Source: Octopus vulgaris (lineage: Eukaryota). From it: DNA of 64,000 bases. Position numbers and translations under genes: made by a program. The notes below the pieces were generated by a model. The model worked only from the letters and a program-made list of their open reading frames with translations, was not told where the DNA came from and did no database searches. The stretch is taken from NCBI GenBank assembly GCA_951406725.2, contig OX597837.1, forward strand, positions 18,352,001 through 18,416,000, given 5' to 3'. Below are positions 13,116-26,308 of this stretch, in pieces (the stretch's first letter is position 1; the number at the start of each line of letters is the position of its first letter).

Positions 13116-14683
13116 CTAGCATTATTACCCGTCATTGCCGGGTCATAGTGCTAGTGCATGTATATATGTGTACATATTACATGTACATCAATATATATAC
13201 ATCTACACATAAAATACAAAGTTATATCTTGATATCGCTAGTGATAACGCTACTCAAAATATATAAAAAACTGGAATTGTAGGCCCATCTCTTGCAATTT
13301 CGATCAATTGTATCTTGTCCTCCCTCTTATAGAAGTGTGGCTACAATCCAGCCTACCTCTACTTTTGGGGGGACATTTTTAATTTTCATCCGGGACGTCC
13401 TATGTCCCAGATATAAAGGTAAAAATTAAATATTTCCACTTTGCAAGGTTCGAGTCGAGTACTCCCTTGCACGCTCTGTTGACTCGAACCTTGCTTCTAT
13501 TGTGGCGAATTTACCACCTCTGGTTAGATACTTGATATCTTTCATAGTTGCACCAAGACACTTTTCAATGGTGCTTTCCTCCAGGTGTTCAAATCGGTTT
13601 TTTTCTCTATATTGCATACTTTATAGACAATAGTCTTTTCTTTAATTTAATTTTTTATTTCGTTTGGTGGTGTTATCCTAGATTCACTCTCTTTGTCGGT
13701 GATCAATCCAAAATAGGTTTGTATTTCTTCCATTTCAATTTTAATGAGTTCGCGCCCGCCGCCGGCTGCAGTGGACTTTCTTCTATCGAAGGCATTTTAA
13801 CAAAAATGCTTCCGTGTAAACGGTGAAAATATTGTCAATTTCCCCGAACAGGGACACAATTCAATTTTTAAACAATAACCAAAGCTCCTTCTCCCAAAGA
13901 GGGAGGGTTATGGTTTACAATTATTTAACAAATGCAACACAACAACGTTTCCCTTACGAGGAACCAACAAACGTGATAACAATAGTTAAACAGTAATAAT
14001 AATAACAACAAACCTTACGGTGAATCGAAAAGCAGTACGCAGTTGAAGCTATAGTCCTTTATGTATAAGAAATAAACCAACAGCAGTACTCAGTAGAAGT
14101 GGCTGTTCGAGAAAACAGACATTACATACAGCCAAACTTCATATAGATACTTAATGCTTGCTAATTAGCAGATAATCTAATGTAAAAGCCGTGGTAAAGG
14201 GTATGTGCACAGCTCCATCTGGACTATTCCATTTCTGCACACTAATTTTATTTTTAATTTATTCCCATTCATGTGAAACCACTTATTCAAGTCATTGATG
14301 CAATTTTATACCAATTGCTATCTTTACTTTTGTTATGTTACGATTTAATTATTATATTATACTTTAATTTGATTTTAATTATTACTTACTACATATAATT
14401 CAATTGTTATTATTATCTCTAATTTTTATTGTTAAAGTTAAAGTATCTGACATAAAATAGAGATATGTTTTTGTTTCACTTTTAACACGTAATACTGAAA
14501 TAGTGAAGATATGATATTGCTATGGGCTCGCCCTAGGCAAGAAGTTGAACATTTTTTTTCCATGACACTCCCCAGACCCTAAGTAAGGCATGTGTAAAAT
14601 TTGAATGAAATTGGTTGTGTAGTTCTCAAGTTTTAGGGAAATAGACAGACAGACAGACACATTCTCAGTTTTATATATATAGA
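13116..14683 (-). mobile_element. Non-autonomous Helitron, copy 1 (in NMD3 intron 1)
   Basis: On minus: A|TCTATATATATAAAA...(TGTC)n ... hairpin ACCCG-GCAATGA-CGGGT ... CTAG|T, no TSD. Near-identical copy at 46166-47754. Confidence 0.9.
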
Positions 14684-14832
14684 TATAGTCCATGTGTTTT
14701 CTTTTTAATCATCAAGGAACTGAAATATTGCAACATGCATGGAGAAAAGGAAGAAATATAAATTAACACTATTAATTAAAGAAAATGCAAAAGAAAGAAA
14801 TATAAATGACATTGATTTCTATTAATTTTAAA

Positions 14833-16019
14833 GCTAAATTAAACAAGATCTGTGGAACTGTACAATGCATTTTATGAAATTCATAAAAGCATTGTGTTGT
14901 ATTGTTGCCAACAAAATTCTAATAGATATGTAGAAAATAGTGCATCTGAGGTGCCATGCATGTTAGGATATTTCCTCTTAATGTGACTCCACATCCCCTT
15001 CACTGTATAGATTGAGGGGTCGACAAAATTCACACTGTGGTTCGCTCTGGAATGATTTGGGAGAGCATTGTATGCCTGTCAGCAGTCCATTACAATCTTA
15101 GTTCTTGGCAGCACATGTTCATTAATTATTGGTAATAATGTGGTGGCTCTTCTGTCTGGGACAGGAACTAAAACACATCTTAAAGTGTCACGTCCTGCCA
15201 TTCCAAGTACCCAGTGGCCTTCCTAGTAACGATCGTGATGGTACTTTTGGTGCATAAACTTGGATTCATCAATTTCCACAACAATATCCCATCCCCCAAG
15301 TTGGATAGCATTGTTAATGTACCACATGGCACAAATGTCACGGAAATAATTTTTAATAATTGCTTCTGATGCAACAAACTGTTTACAGTGCATTTTGGCC
15401 CAGTAATAGATCAAATTTACAAGCTGCATCAATGGAATATCTCCACATTCTTCCTTCAGATACTGTCTTCTGCGGTGTAAGGAACATAGGCTCATTACAA
15501 CGCTTGGAAGAATTGTGAATCAATCCCAGAGATGCCAGGAATTGGATTGTCAAAGTCATGTTATTTGTTATGACTTGAATGTCATTCAGAATATAATTTT
15601 CTTGTGTCAAATCATTAATAGCAATGACTGATTCAACAATCCAATATCGTCCATGCATTCTGAAATCTAATGGTCGAGGTTTGATGCAAGTGTGTAGGAG
15701 CTGATTTAGAAAGTAAGAGAAAATGTGGCTCAAAACTGGTGTTTATATAAGCATAAGGTGGCTCCACAGACAGATGAGTTTCTTTTTCCTGTGATGGGAA
15801 CAAATTGTTGTAAACCCACAACTGGACAGTTGAAACTGACCAATAACTGCAACAAATTTGGCAAACCACTGGGTCATGTGATTTGATGCTAAGAATCTTG
15901 GTTCACCAGAGCTCTGTTTTCTATTTATCTCTTAGAATTTTGTTGATGACAATACAACACAAAGAATGCTTTTGAGTTTCATAAAATGCATTAGACAGTA
16001 TTATACTGTTTAATTTACC
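14833..16019 (-). mobile_element. Merlin (IS1016/ISXO2-like) DNA transposon, degenerate
   Basis: Transposase remnants VVEIDESKF..KYH, GHWVLGM, VPVPDRRATTLLPII, NHSVNFVDP. ~95-bp imperfect TIRs starting G(G/C)TAAATTAAACA; 8-bp flanks attttaaa/atttaaaa (7 of 8 match). Confidence 0.85.
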
Positions 16020-16498
16020 ATTTAAAAAAGTGTGCTCTAAATGGAGGTGTAGTCAAATCCTATTTTATGGACTCAACCATGTTCTAAAATAAGTCGAAAG
16101 GTAAGCTACTATAAATCGGCATGGACTTTCCGGACAACCCAATATAATTTTTAAACATTGAATGGCTATGAGGATCTCCACTCCATGAGTAAAACAGGAA
16201 TCAAAGAGGATCCATTGGCAAAAAATGGTTGAGGATTACTGATCTGGCTTGTCCAACAATGGAAAAGCCTATATTGAAAAATGATGATGATCTTTGTGTA
16301 ATTGATATATCAATCTCCACTGAATTTATTTCTGGTTACATTCACTGCATATGTGATACTGATTTTTCCACTGCTAAATAAACTGAAGAATGTAGAATTT
16401 AATATTTTCATTGTCAGTTTGCCTGAATTTCCCTATCTGTGTTAATATATTTCAGTTTAATTCTATTTTATGATGGCCCACATTAAAATGCACCTGTA

Positions 16499-16882
16499 AA
16501 TTTCACTCTACTTGACCAGTTGAGTCAGAATGTCTCAATCACAAAAGGAGTCTTGTACTCCTAATCACTTAAACATCACAAAAACTGAGATATACACTGG
16601 CCTAGTGGGCCTCTTGTCTTGAAACAGATTTTAAGTTGATTTCAGAAATTTCAAAGAAATTCAAACCAAACTGTGAAAATATTTAAAATAATTATAAAGA
16701 GTTCAGCAGTGTAACTTGATGAGTTTTTTTCTTTTATAATGGTGGTGATTTCAATTGAAAGAAAAGGGCATGTGTTTGATGACATTGAGCAGCATTTCAG
16801 TAGCTATAAAACAATGGAATATGCGACAACATGCTTTTGTGATTGAGACATTCTGACTCAACTGGTCAAGTACAGTGAAATT
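16499..16882. mobile_element. MITE with ~48-bp TIRs
   Basis: AATTTCACTCTACTTGACCAGTTGAGTCAGAATGTCTCAATCACAAAA, with its reverse complement (1 mismatch) at 16835-16882. Confidence 0.85.
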
Positions 16883-17169
16883 GTGTTAATTCTGTAATCC
16901 TTTAAAATGGAAGATAAGAAAGTTCATTTTCAGCACTTGATGCTTTGGGAACCGGACAAAAATAGCTGTCACTGGTACCCATTTTCTGCTGAATAGACTG
17001 AAGTGACATAAAATGAAGTGGTTTGTTCAAATATACAATGTTCTATTTGGTCTGAGAATCAAACCATGACCTAACAATTGTGGGGCCAACACCTGAACCA
17101 CTTTGCTGAGTCAAATTTGGGTTTATCTCATGTAGGATTAATGAGCTCTTTCTTTTTTTTTTGTTTCAG

Positions 17170-17304
17170 TCTTTGCTGCCAGTGTGGTATAGCAATTGAA
17201 GCTAACCCTTCCAACATGTGTGTCAATTGTGTTAGAACTGAAGTTGACATCACTGAAGGTATACCAAAACAGTGTGTTATATACTTCTGTAGAAAATGTG
17301 AAAG
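17170..17304 (+). CDS. NMD3: NMD3 coding exon 2
   Basis: LCCQCGIAIEANPSNMCVNCVRTEVDITEGIPKQCVIYFCRKCE, containing NMD3 CxxC zinc motifs; tttcag/GT boundaries. Confidence 0.97.
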
Positions 17305-17394
17305 GTAATTTCATTGATTCATCCTTGTTTTATGTTTGTGGGAGGTGTAGCATTATAATTTAGTGGTTAGTGACTTTTACAACATGCTTGAATG

Positions 17395-17650
17395 TAGCAC
17401 TATTATAAACTAGTTTAATATGGTTTTAGCTGTACTGTAATCTAATTTACTATGCCAGTGTACTTACTGTAAACTAGTCTAATATGGTATTATATTGTAT
17501 TACAATCCAGTTTAATATGGTACAGTACTGTAAACTAGTTAAATTGGTACTGTACACTGCACCTTGGTCATGTTTAATATAGTACAGTACTGTATTATAA
17601 CCTAGTTTAATATACTGACACTAATGTGACCTACTTTAATATGGTTTTGT
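17395..17650. repeat. Degenerate minisatellite (core TAAACTAGTTTAATATGGT)
   Basis: About 7-8 imperfect recurrences of ctagtttaatatgg / tactgta. Confidence 0.6.
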
Positions 17651-18140
17651 TGAATGCTTTGTAGCATAGTGTAACACTATGTAAGGTGGGTGGAATATAA
17701 TGATTTTTAAAAGAGTAATAATAATTTGTTCTGTTTTAGGTACAAGGCCAATAATTTTGAAGGGAAAGGGTTAGTTCATACCATTATTCTCAGTACTTCA
17801 TCAGTACATGAGAGTTTAGGGGTTGGTGGTATTACTTCCCATCAAACTTCAAAATTGTGGATCTTGTTGCTTAATACAGACATTTTAGTTTCTTTAGCTC
17901 ACAGGCCACAGTTTGTGAGCTGCCATTTTGTACTTTTAGTACAAAAGTATATGACCACTTGCATCCTTCACTGTCAATTGTTATTTAAGTCAGTCAAAAA
18001 TTTTGATCATTCAAAAACTAGTCTGTTAGGCCATATTTATGACTGTTTGAGATTGATACCTTATTTATTTCTGTATAATACACGTGCATAATGCATAGCC
18101 CTTATTATGGGCAGTGAAATCACAGAAAAGTAGAATACAG

Positions 18141-21100
18141 TCATCATCATCTTCGATTAATGTCTGCTTTCCATGCTGGCATGGGCTGGATGGTTTGACT
18201 GAGGAGTGGCAAGCTGAGAGGCTGCACCAGGCCCCAATCTGATCTGGCAAGGTTTCTATAGCTGGATGCCTTACTAATGCCAACCTCTCTGCGAGTCTAG
18301 TGAGTACTTTTTATGTGCCACTGGCATGGGGGCCAGTCAGGTGGCACTGGCATCAACCATTCAATGGTGCTTTTTATGTGCCACCGGCACAGGTGCTAGT
18401 CAGGTAGTACTGGCATTGGCCATGGCAACGATTTCACTTGACTCAACAGGTCTTCTCAAGCATAGCATATTGCCCAATGATTGAAAGAGACTCTTAAATG
18501 GGCTGGCTATGTGACAGTGGCATAGGCCCCGGCTACACTCTCGCTTGGCTTGCTAGGTCTTCTCAAGCACAGCATATCTCCAAAGATTTTGGCCATTTGT
18601 CATTACCTCCGTGAGGTCCAATGTTTAAAAGTTCCCCCCATTGTTAGGGTGTGACATTTCTTCACACAGCTGTCCTCATCCATACATAGCACAAGACCAT
18701 ATCAGCGCAGTTATCTCTCTTGCACATCACATCCGCTGCTTCTTATGTCCAACTTTTCTCTCAGGGCGCTTACACTCTGTTGTGTTGGCATACTGGCATT
18801 ACACATCCAGCAGAGCATACTAGCTTCATTTCTTTCTAGCCTACGTATGTCCTCAGCAGTTATAGCCCATGTTTCACTGCTGTAAGCATGGCTGTTCACA
18901 CACATTCCTCATACAGTCTACCTTTCACTCTGAGCGAGAGGCCCGTTATTACCAGTAGAGGTAGGAGCTCTCTGAACATTTCCCAGGCAATTCTTATTCT
19001 AGGACCTACGCTTTCAGAGTATCCACCCCTGCTACTGACTTGGAAGCTATCAACTACTTTTAGCTTTCTCCCTTGGAATTTGATGGAAGTTGTTTTCTGC
19101 AGATTTTCAGTGTTTATTGCCCCTGTGCATCTGTCACACACAAAAACTGTCTTTCCAGTTAACCTTCCTTTGATATTGCTGCACCTTTTATGTGTCCATA
19201 GCTTACACCAAGTACACTTTATTGAGTTTCTACCCACGCCTTTCCTACTGATCGAGGAGGACCATCTACCTGAAGGGATTTGTAGTTTGTCTGCTTTCCT
19301 ACTTACTAAAACTTCGGTTTTTGCAAATTGACTTCTAAGGCCTTTCGATTCTAGATCTTGCTTCCACATCTGAAACTTCTCCTCTAGTTCTGATAGTGAC
19401 TCAGCATAGAGGAGCTCCCAGCGGCAGCCTATTTCAAATTCTGTTGTTGCTTTGAGAACTTTGATGAATAAGAAGGAGCTGAGGACTGATCCATGGTGGA
19501 CTCCTACTTCTATCCAGAATTTTTCACTATACTTGTTGCCAACCCTCACCTTACTGACAGCATTCCTGTACATAGCTTGTACAGCTCTCACTAACCTCTC
19601 ATCTATCCCTAGTTTCTGCATTGACCACCAGATAAGGGATTGAGGGATCCTGTCAAAGGCTTTCTTCATGTCAATGAAAGCCAAGTACTGAAGTTTATCT
19701 TTGGTTAGGAATTTCTCCTGCAGCTGTCTTAACAGAAATTTGGCATCAGTGGTGCTTCTCCTTGGCACAAACCCAAACTGTATCTCATCTAAACTGACTC
19801 TCTCCCTAATTAGTTGGGCTATGACCCACTCCGTAACTTTCATCACATGATCCAACAACTTGATACCTCTGTAATTATTCCTATCTAATGTGTCACTTTT
19901 ACCTTTGTAGCAGTTGACTATAATGCTGCTACACCAGTCACTGGGTATGACTCCTTTGTGTATCACCTGGTTAACTATACGGGTGACTAGGCTGTAGCCG
20001 ACACTGCCAGATATTTTGAGCATCTCTGCAGTAATTCCTGATGGGCTGGGAACTTCCCTGTCTTCATACCCTTAATTGCTTTATCTACCAAGGTACTGTC
20101 AATTTGAATAGCTGGTCCCTCTGTTGGGTCGACATTTGGCTGACTCTTTTTCTCTCGATCATTCTCTTCATTTAGCAACCTTTCATAGTGGTATCTCCAA
20201 GTCTCTCTCTTTCTAGCATCATTAAATGCAAGTGAGCCTTCATCTATGCAGACACATTTCTCTCTTATGACATCACGATTCTGTCACACACTCTTGTAAT
20301 ATGAAACGCATCAAGTCTTTGGTCCTCATGATGCAGAACATTGGCAAATTTTTTCTTATCTGCTTCCCCTCTGGCTAAATACACCTGCCTCCTAGCTTCC
20401 CTTCTGGCAGTCTGATACACTTCCCTGCTACCACCGTTCTTCCAGTCCTTCCATGCCTGTTTCTTTTGTCTAATAGCCCTGTCAACAATATTGTTCCACC
20501 ACGACGTTATTTTGGGTCTTGAGGGGACTTTGCACCAACCACAGATCTGGTCAGTGGCTCTCAGCAGGTTGTCCCTTAGAAACCTCCAGTTGTCTTCTAC
20601 CTCATGTGAAGCTATATCCCCTTCTATTTCGTCAAAGGCTTCAAGTAATATGTCTCTAAATCTCTGTCCATTTGCAGGATCTTTAAGTCTCCAGACCCTT
20701 CTTCTCCTTGCTGGTCATCTTCTGGGCATCCATTTAGCCCTTACCCAGAAGTCACTAACTACCAGTCTATGTTGTGGGGTACATTCTTCACCTGGGAAGG
20801 TTTTGGCATTTATAAGCAGCCATCTTTCCCTGTTTCTGGCAAGGATGTAGTCAATCTGACTAGTGTGTCTGCCGGAGTGGTAGGTGACTAGGTGGCTGGT
20901 AGGTTTCCTGAAGTTCTCATCGCAGAACTCCAGCAGCCTGGTTCCCTCCTCGTTGCGGGAACCATAACCGTAGCCTCCATGTACGCCATAGAAGCCCCCA
21001 GCATGCTGTCCAACATGCCCATTGAAGTCACCAGCCACAAAGAAAAGGTCCCTGTTGTTCGTCAACGAGGTAGTCTGCAGTAGGGTGTCATAGAATCGGT

Positions 21101-22015
21101 CTTTCTGTCCATTGGGTAGCCCTGGCTGAGGGGTATAGGCCGATATAATGGTTGCTAAACCATGATGACCCACTAATCTAATCTTAAGTATTCTGTCGCA
21201 TACTCTGACTACCTCAATTACCTTATCTACCCATTTTTCAGCGAGAAGTATACCCACACCCTGACCCTGTCACTGTTCCCTGCCCAGAAAATCTTGTACC
21301 TATGTTCTTTGCCTGTGAGGAACCTAGCAGAACCTCCTCTCCACCTCACTTCTTGGATGCAACACATATCAACACATCTCCGTTCAAGTATCTCAACAAT
21401 CTCGCCAGGCCCACCTTTCAGCGTGCCGACATTGAGGGTGCCAACCCTGAGGGTGTGGGAGGTATGGGCCCTAGGGACCTTTGGACGGGGGACAGTAGCT
21501 TCATGTACCTGAAAAGAAAACTCGCATTTGGCAGGAGTCGTTGACAAACTGTAGACTCAAGTTCAAACCGCGTACACTACACTCATATTTTGCCACTGTA
21601 TGATCACTACCTTGTATAGTAGGGGGTGGGGCTGGCGTAAGCCTTTAGAAGTGTTCATGGGAGACAACCAAGGATGACAAAATTGGGACTTCCGGTAAAG
21701 GTGGAGGAGGTGGGAGGGCTGGGCACCTCGAAAACTAGCAGCCATGAAGGGGGCGCATCTCATCTCTTGGAGAAGGAATTCTTTGTTGTAGGTATTAAGA
21801 GACATAATTGAGAGAGTGATATGTTGCAGATTTAGGGTAGATGCGTGAGCTAAATTTATCTTAGACATCGATAGGTAAGAGGAACTGTAGGATTATATAT
21901 TTAACATGAGGCGTGAAGCTGAAATAGACAGAATAGAGAAACTAACAGGGTTAATCAATTGCGCAGAAATAATACTAGGTAGTTAACGGGTTGAATTTAA
22001 AGGAATGCTTATCTG
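18141..22015 (-). mobile_element. Near full-length RTE-clade LINE (APE endonuclease + RT), inactivated, antisense in NMD3 intron 2
   Basis: APE motifs VGTLNVGTL, CIQEVRW, GDFNGHVG, SQIDYIL, QHRLV; RT motifs NYRGIKLL, QFGFVP, FIDMKKAFDR, VGVHHGSVLS; (GAT)n 3' tail at 18141. The 5' boundary is approximate. Confidence 0.95.
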
Positions 22016-22188
22016 TGATATATATATATATATAAACTCTTGTATCTATTCCCAATATGTGAATTCCGATTAGCAATAAATAATGGCAATTCTGTTGTCA
22101 ACTTTCTTTAATACTTTGGATTCTTTTTACTTATAGGTAATTCTGATACGAACTTTATGGATTGAGTTTCTTGTCTCTTTCTTTGCAG

Positions 22189-22282
22189 ATATCTGCAACC
22201 ACCTGCCACTTGGGTATCTGCACAGTTGGAATCGAAGCAACTGTTGAAAATCTGTTTGAAAAAACTGAAAGGCCTTAATAAG
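22189..22282 (+). CDS. NMD3: NMD3 coding exon 3
   Basis: YLQPPATWVSAQLESKQLLKICLKKLKGLNK; AG/GT, phase consistent. Confidence 0.97.
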
Positions 22283-22426
22283 GTAAAGCTGGAAAAAAAA
22301 AAGTGTTTGAGTTTTATGTTCAGGATGGAGGTGATTGTTGTATTGTTTTGTATTTTGGATTATTTTAGTAAGTTTAAAGCTACATCTTTTTTACTAAAAA
22401 AAAGTCTTAATTCTTCTCATTTCTAG

Positions 22427-22507
22427 GTTAATTTAATTGATGCTGGCTTTATCTGGACAGAGCCACATTCCCAACGGATCAAGCTGAAGCTAACTATACA
22501 GAAAGAA
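22427..22507 (+). CDS. NMD3: NMD3 coding exon 4
   Basis: VNLIDAGFIWTEPHSQRIKLKLTIQKE, including the hallmark WTEPHS. Confidence 0.98.
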
Positions 22508-23718
22508 GTGAGGACATATTTTTTTCATTCTGTTCAGAGATTGGGACTGCAGCCATGTTGTGGCACCACCTTGAAGGGTTTAGTTGTACACATAGAATGT
22601 AGTATTATGTTTTTAAAAGGCTGCTACTTATCCTGTCAATCTCTTTTTACTAAGCTGCTATCTTATGGGGACATAAACAAAGTAGCATTGCTTGTCATGT
22701 GGTGGGAGCAAGATACAAGCATAAGACTGTGTACACACATGCATATATATATATACATATGTATTTGTAAGTACATGTAAATATATACATATACACTTGT
22801 ATACACAACATTCACACAGTTTCCATGTACCAAATTCACTTACAAGGCATTAGTTGGCTTATACAAGTAATGAAAAGTGGATGTTAAAATGATGACAATG
22901 ATGATGTTGATAATATTCTCCTGTTGATGGAACTCTCTCAGAGAAATACTCTGGGAATCTCTTAGCCTTATTCAACCCTCACTATTTGGATTTATCCCTA
23001 AATCCAGCTTCTGTGGTCAACTCATTGAATTTGCTGAAGGCATCGCCCAAGTCACAGATCGCAGCTCATGGTTAGATGTCATCCATCTTGACTTTACCAA
23101 AATCTCTAACTATTTGGCATTCAGATTATTCTGGCAAATGTTCTGCTTATTTATTCACATTGTTTTGAATTAATCATTCGTTAACTCACAGCTTTGAGAT
23201 TTCAATGATGTGATTGTTTATTTTTAGAATGACATTGTAGGGTTGGTGTGAGAAGCTGGATCAGGCTGATTTGAACATAAAACTTATATATTTTGGCCTG
23301 GTATGGCTGGTTTAAATGCGAAAGCGTTCATCTTTATAACTAGTTGAGTCCTTCGTTCCTGGTCAAAAAGAGTTTATTACAGAACTACGACAATATTCTG
23401 TACCCAGTGAAAACTGAATGGATTTGATGGATGGAAACTGAAAGAAGCCTGTCATGTATGTGTGCTTCCTTGTCTTGACATTGTATGATTATAAAACAAG
23501 TGTCTGCTGTTATATGAGTGGTATTCTGTCTGATCTATTTAAGCATGGAAAAGTGGACATTAAAATGATTTTCATGCAATAACCATTACAGTTACAAATT
23601 TTCATCTCTTTTCAGTGTATATTTGTATGGTTATAAATTTATTGACCTACTAAAAAATGTTTAATTAATGAAAGTGAAGATGATAATAAATTAATGGTTT
23701 CCATTTTTTAAAATTCAG

Positions 23719-23847
23719 ATTATTAATGGAGCTGTGTTACAGCAAGTATTTATAGTAGAGTTTACTGTTCACAACCAGATGTGTTCTGATTGTCATCGTG
23801 TTGAGGCTAAAGACTTTTGGAGGGCTGTGGTTCAAATCAGGCAAAAG
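23719..23847 (+). CDS. NMD3: NMD3 coding exon 5
   Basis: IINGAVLQQVFIVEFTVHNQMCSDCHRVEAKDFWRAVVQIRQK. Confidence 0.98.
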
Positions 23848-25075
23848 GTTAGTTATTCCTCTCTTCTTCTGTTTCTCTCTCTCCCCCTCCCCTCTGTAAT
23901 TTTTCTGGAAGAGAATTACTTGGTCATCACTTTTAGCAATAAAATCATGGGATGTTGTTCAATTCCAGGTCATCCCTGATAAAGCAGGCCTATGATCAAA
24001 GCTGTTCTTGATTATCCTATCTTTTTGTACATTTCGGATTATTATGTCTAATGCATCCTTTATTCAAGATGGAAATATGTAATTTGATGGTAATTTGACT
24101 ATTCCTAACAGTTTGAGTAACTATGTAGTTGCTCCTTTGATGACATATAATACTCCTTTTAGTACCCATGTCTACCCTGTAGCCCATAGTAAGATTGGAA
24201 CTCAGTACTACAAGCTAAAAAAGCATTTGTTTGTTATACATTGCTGTGGCTGCTTATCTTTTAGTGCTGTTAAAGGAACTGGACCATTGAGTTAAACACA
24301 GAGCTGCTGGTGGAATTAACACATTTGACACATTCTCATAATCTAGTTCTCTTGTAGCACTTTACTTCATAATGCAACATTTAACACTCAAACTTATTAT
24401 CAGGTTTGTTACTTATTAGTGCGTTATGTTCTTGAGCAAAACACTTCATTTCTCATTGTTCCAGTCCGCTCAGCTGGCAAAAACGAGATGTTGTACCTGT
24501 AATTCAAACAGGTCCAGTCTTGTCACATTTTGTTTCATGCTGAGTCTCTCTGAGAACTACATTTAAGGTTATGCATCTCTGTGGATTGCTTAGCCTCTTG
24601 CACGTTAATTTCACAAGCAGGCTGTTCTGTTGATTGGTTCAACTGGAACACTCATCGTTGTAACCAACGAAGTGCCAGTTTACTTCCGAGTAAGAATACC
24701 TATGTTAACCCACCTGAGACTGCCTATAAAGTGTTCATATTTATATTAAAATTTCATAACTTGAATAATGTCATGAGATTTCAGTTGGTTAACACCAGCA
24801 TCATATACTATTATATATAATGTTAAAGATATTTTAATAAGTATTTTGATGCTTCAAAATTTTAATATTTCAAAATTAATTGAATCACACAATCAATCTG
24901 TTCACAAGAGACATAGTTATGAATGGTTTAATCTGATTTAGGTAAGATTTGGATTGATGTTAGAGCAGGTACTGAACAATGAAATCTGTTGCAACTGTTT
25001 TACTAATTCCAGCTGTTTTGATTGTTACTGACTAGCTTAATGAAATGCTGTAATAGATTTCCCATTTCTTTGCAG

Positions 25076-25166
25076 ACACAACACAAGAAAACATTCTATT
25101 ACTTGGAGCAACTTCTGTTGAAGCATAACATGTACCAGAACACTGTAAACATTAAACCTATGCATG
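25076..25166 (+). CDS. NMD3: NMD3 coding exon 6
   Basis: TQHKKTFYYLEQLLLKHNMYQNTVNIKPMH. Confidence 0.98.
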
Positions 25167-26308
25167 GTACGTATAGTTGAGCATCATCTTTAAATTTACT
25201 TTTTCCATGCTGGAATCATTCGAACAGGTCACTTTTCAACATGGTGTCTATCTCTTTCTCTCTCTCCATGCTCTGGTCCTTTATCATCTTTTGTGAGGCT
25301 CTTGAAATCAGCCATGTCTGCCTCCTTCAGTCTTCTCCTTCCACATGCTTTTCCTACCTGCATCATTTAGCAATTTTTCAGTAACTGTCATTCTTCACAT
25401 ACTATTGCAATCTTCTTGAACACTACAATGAAAACCTTCATAGCCCAGTTTCTCTCTGCACCTTTCATGCTTGCTGACATTACTCATCCAGTAGATCCTG
25501 CTCACTTCATTTCTTTCCAGTTTTCACATATTTTCCACATTCAGCTCCATGGCATATCACACTTTCTGTACACTAGATTTTTTTTTATGTATATATTGAG
25601 TAAATTTAATTAGATTTTTTGCTCTTTGGATTTCTTATCCATTCTTTATGTATTGCAACTTAATTACTCTGCAGATAAAACGCATGGCAATGAGTTTATT
25701 GACAATTACTTTAATGCCAATGTATTTAATGCAATAGAGTTACACATGAGAATTTATTGGGCACTTATTATATGACCTACTATTGTGAGTATGGCTTCTT
25801 AAGAGTTATGACAGCTTGACATTTTCTTTGAATTACTACTTTCCACAAAGCAGTGCTAGTTTTTTTTCACAAAATAATTTATCTCTGAAGTCATCACAAC
25901 CAGGGATACTGATGCCATGTATCCTGCTCAACTTCACTCATCTCATCATCCTTACCATTCCCTCTCTTTGTTACTGACCAATGCATGAATTCCTTCCCAC
26001 AATAGCGACTACTTTCTTACTCTCTCAATCTGTTCCTTCTATCATATTTCAACCTCCCTCATCACTTTGCCTGAAATCATTGCTCTCTCCCTCTCTCAAT
26101 TCCCTTTCTCCTTTAGGCCTTTTAGTCTTCATGTTCCAAGGTTTCCTCACTAGTGGTGGTTCTATGAAAAAAAAGCATCCAGTACACTGCAAAGTGGTTG
26201 GCATTAGAAACCATTGCCAAAAATTAGTCCATGATTCAGTCCTCCAAATTTTGGATTGGATCCTGTTGAACCAGCATTAAATGATGATTATATTATTTTT
26301 TTATAAAG

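Noticed and set aside
17395-17650. CRISPR-like repeat/spacer appearance
   Set aside because: Units are degenerate with irregular spacing in a eukaryotic intron; this is a minisatellite.
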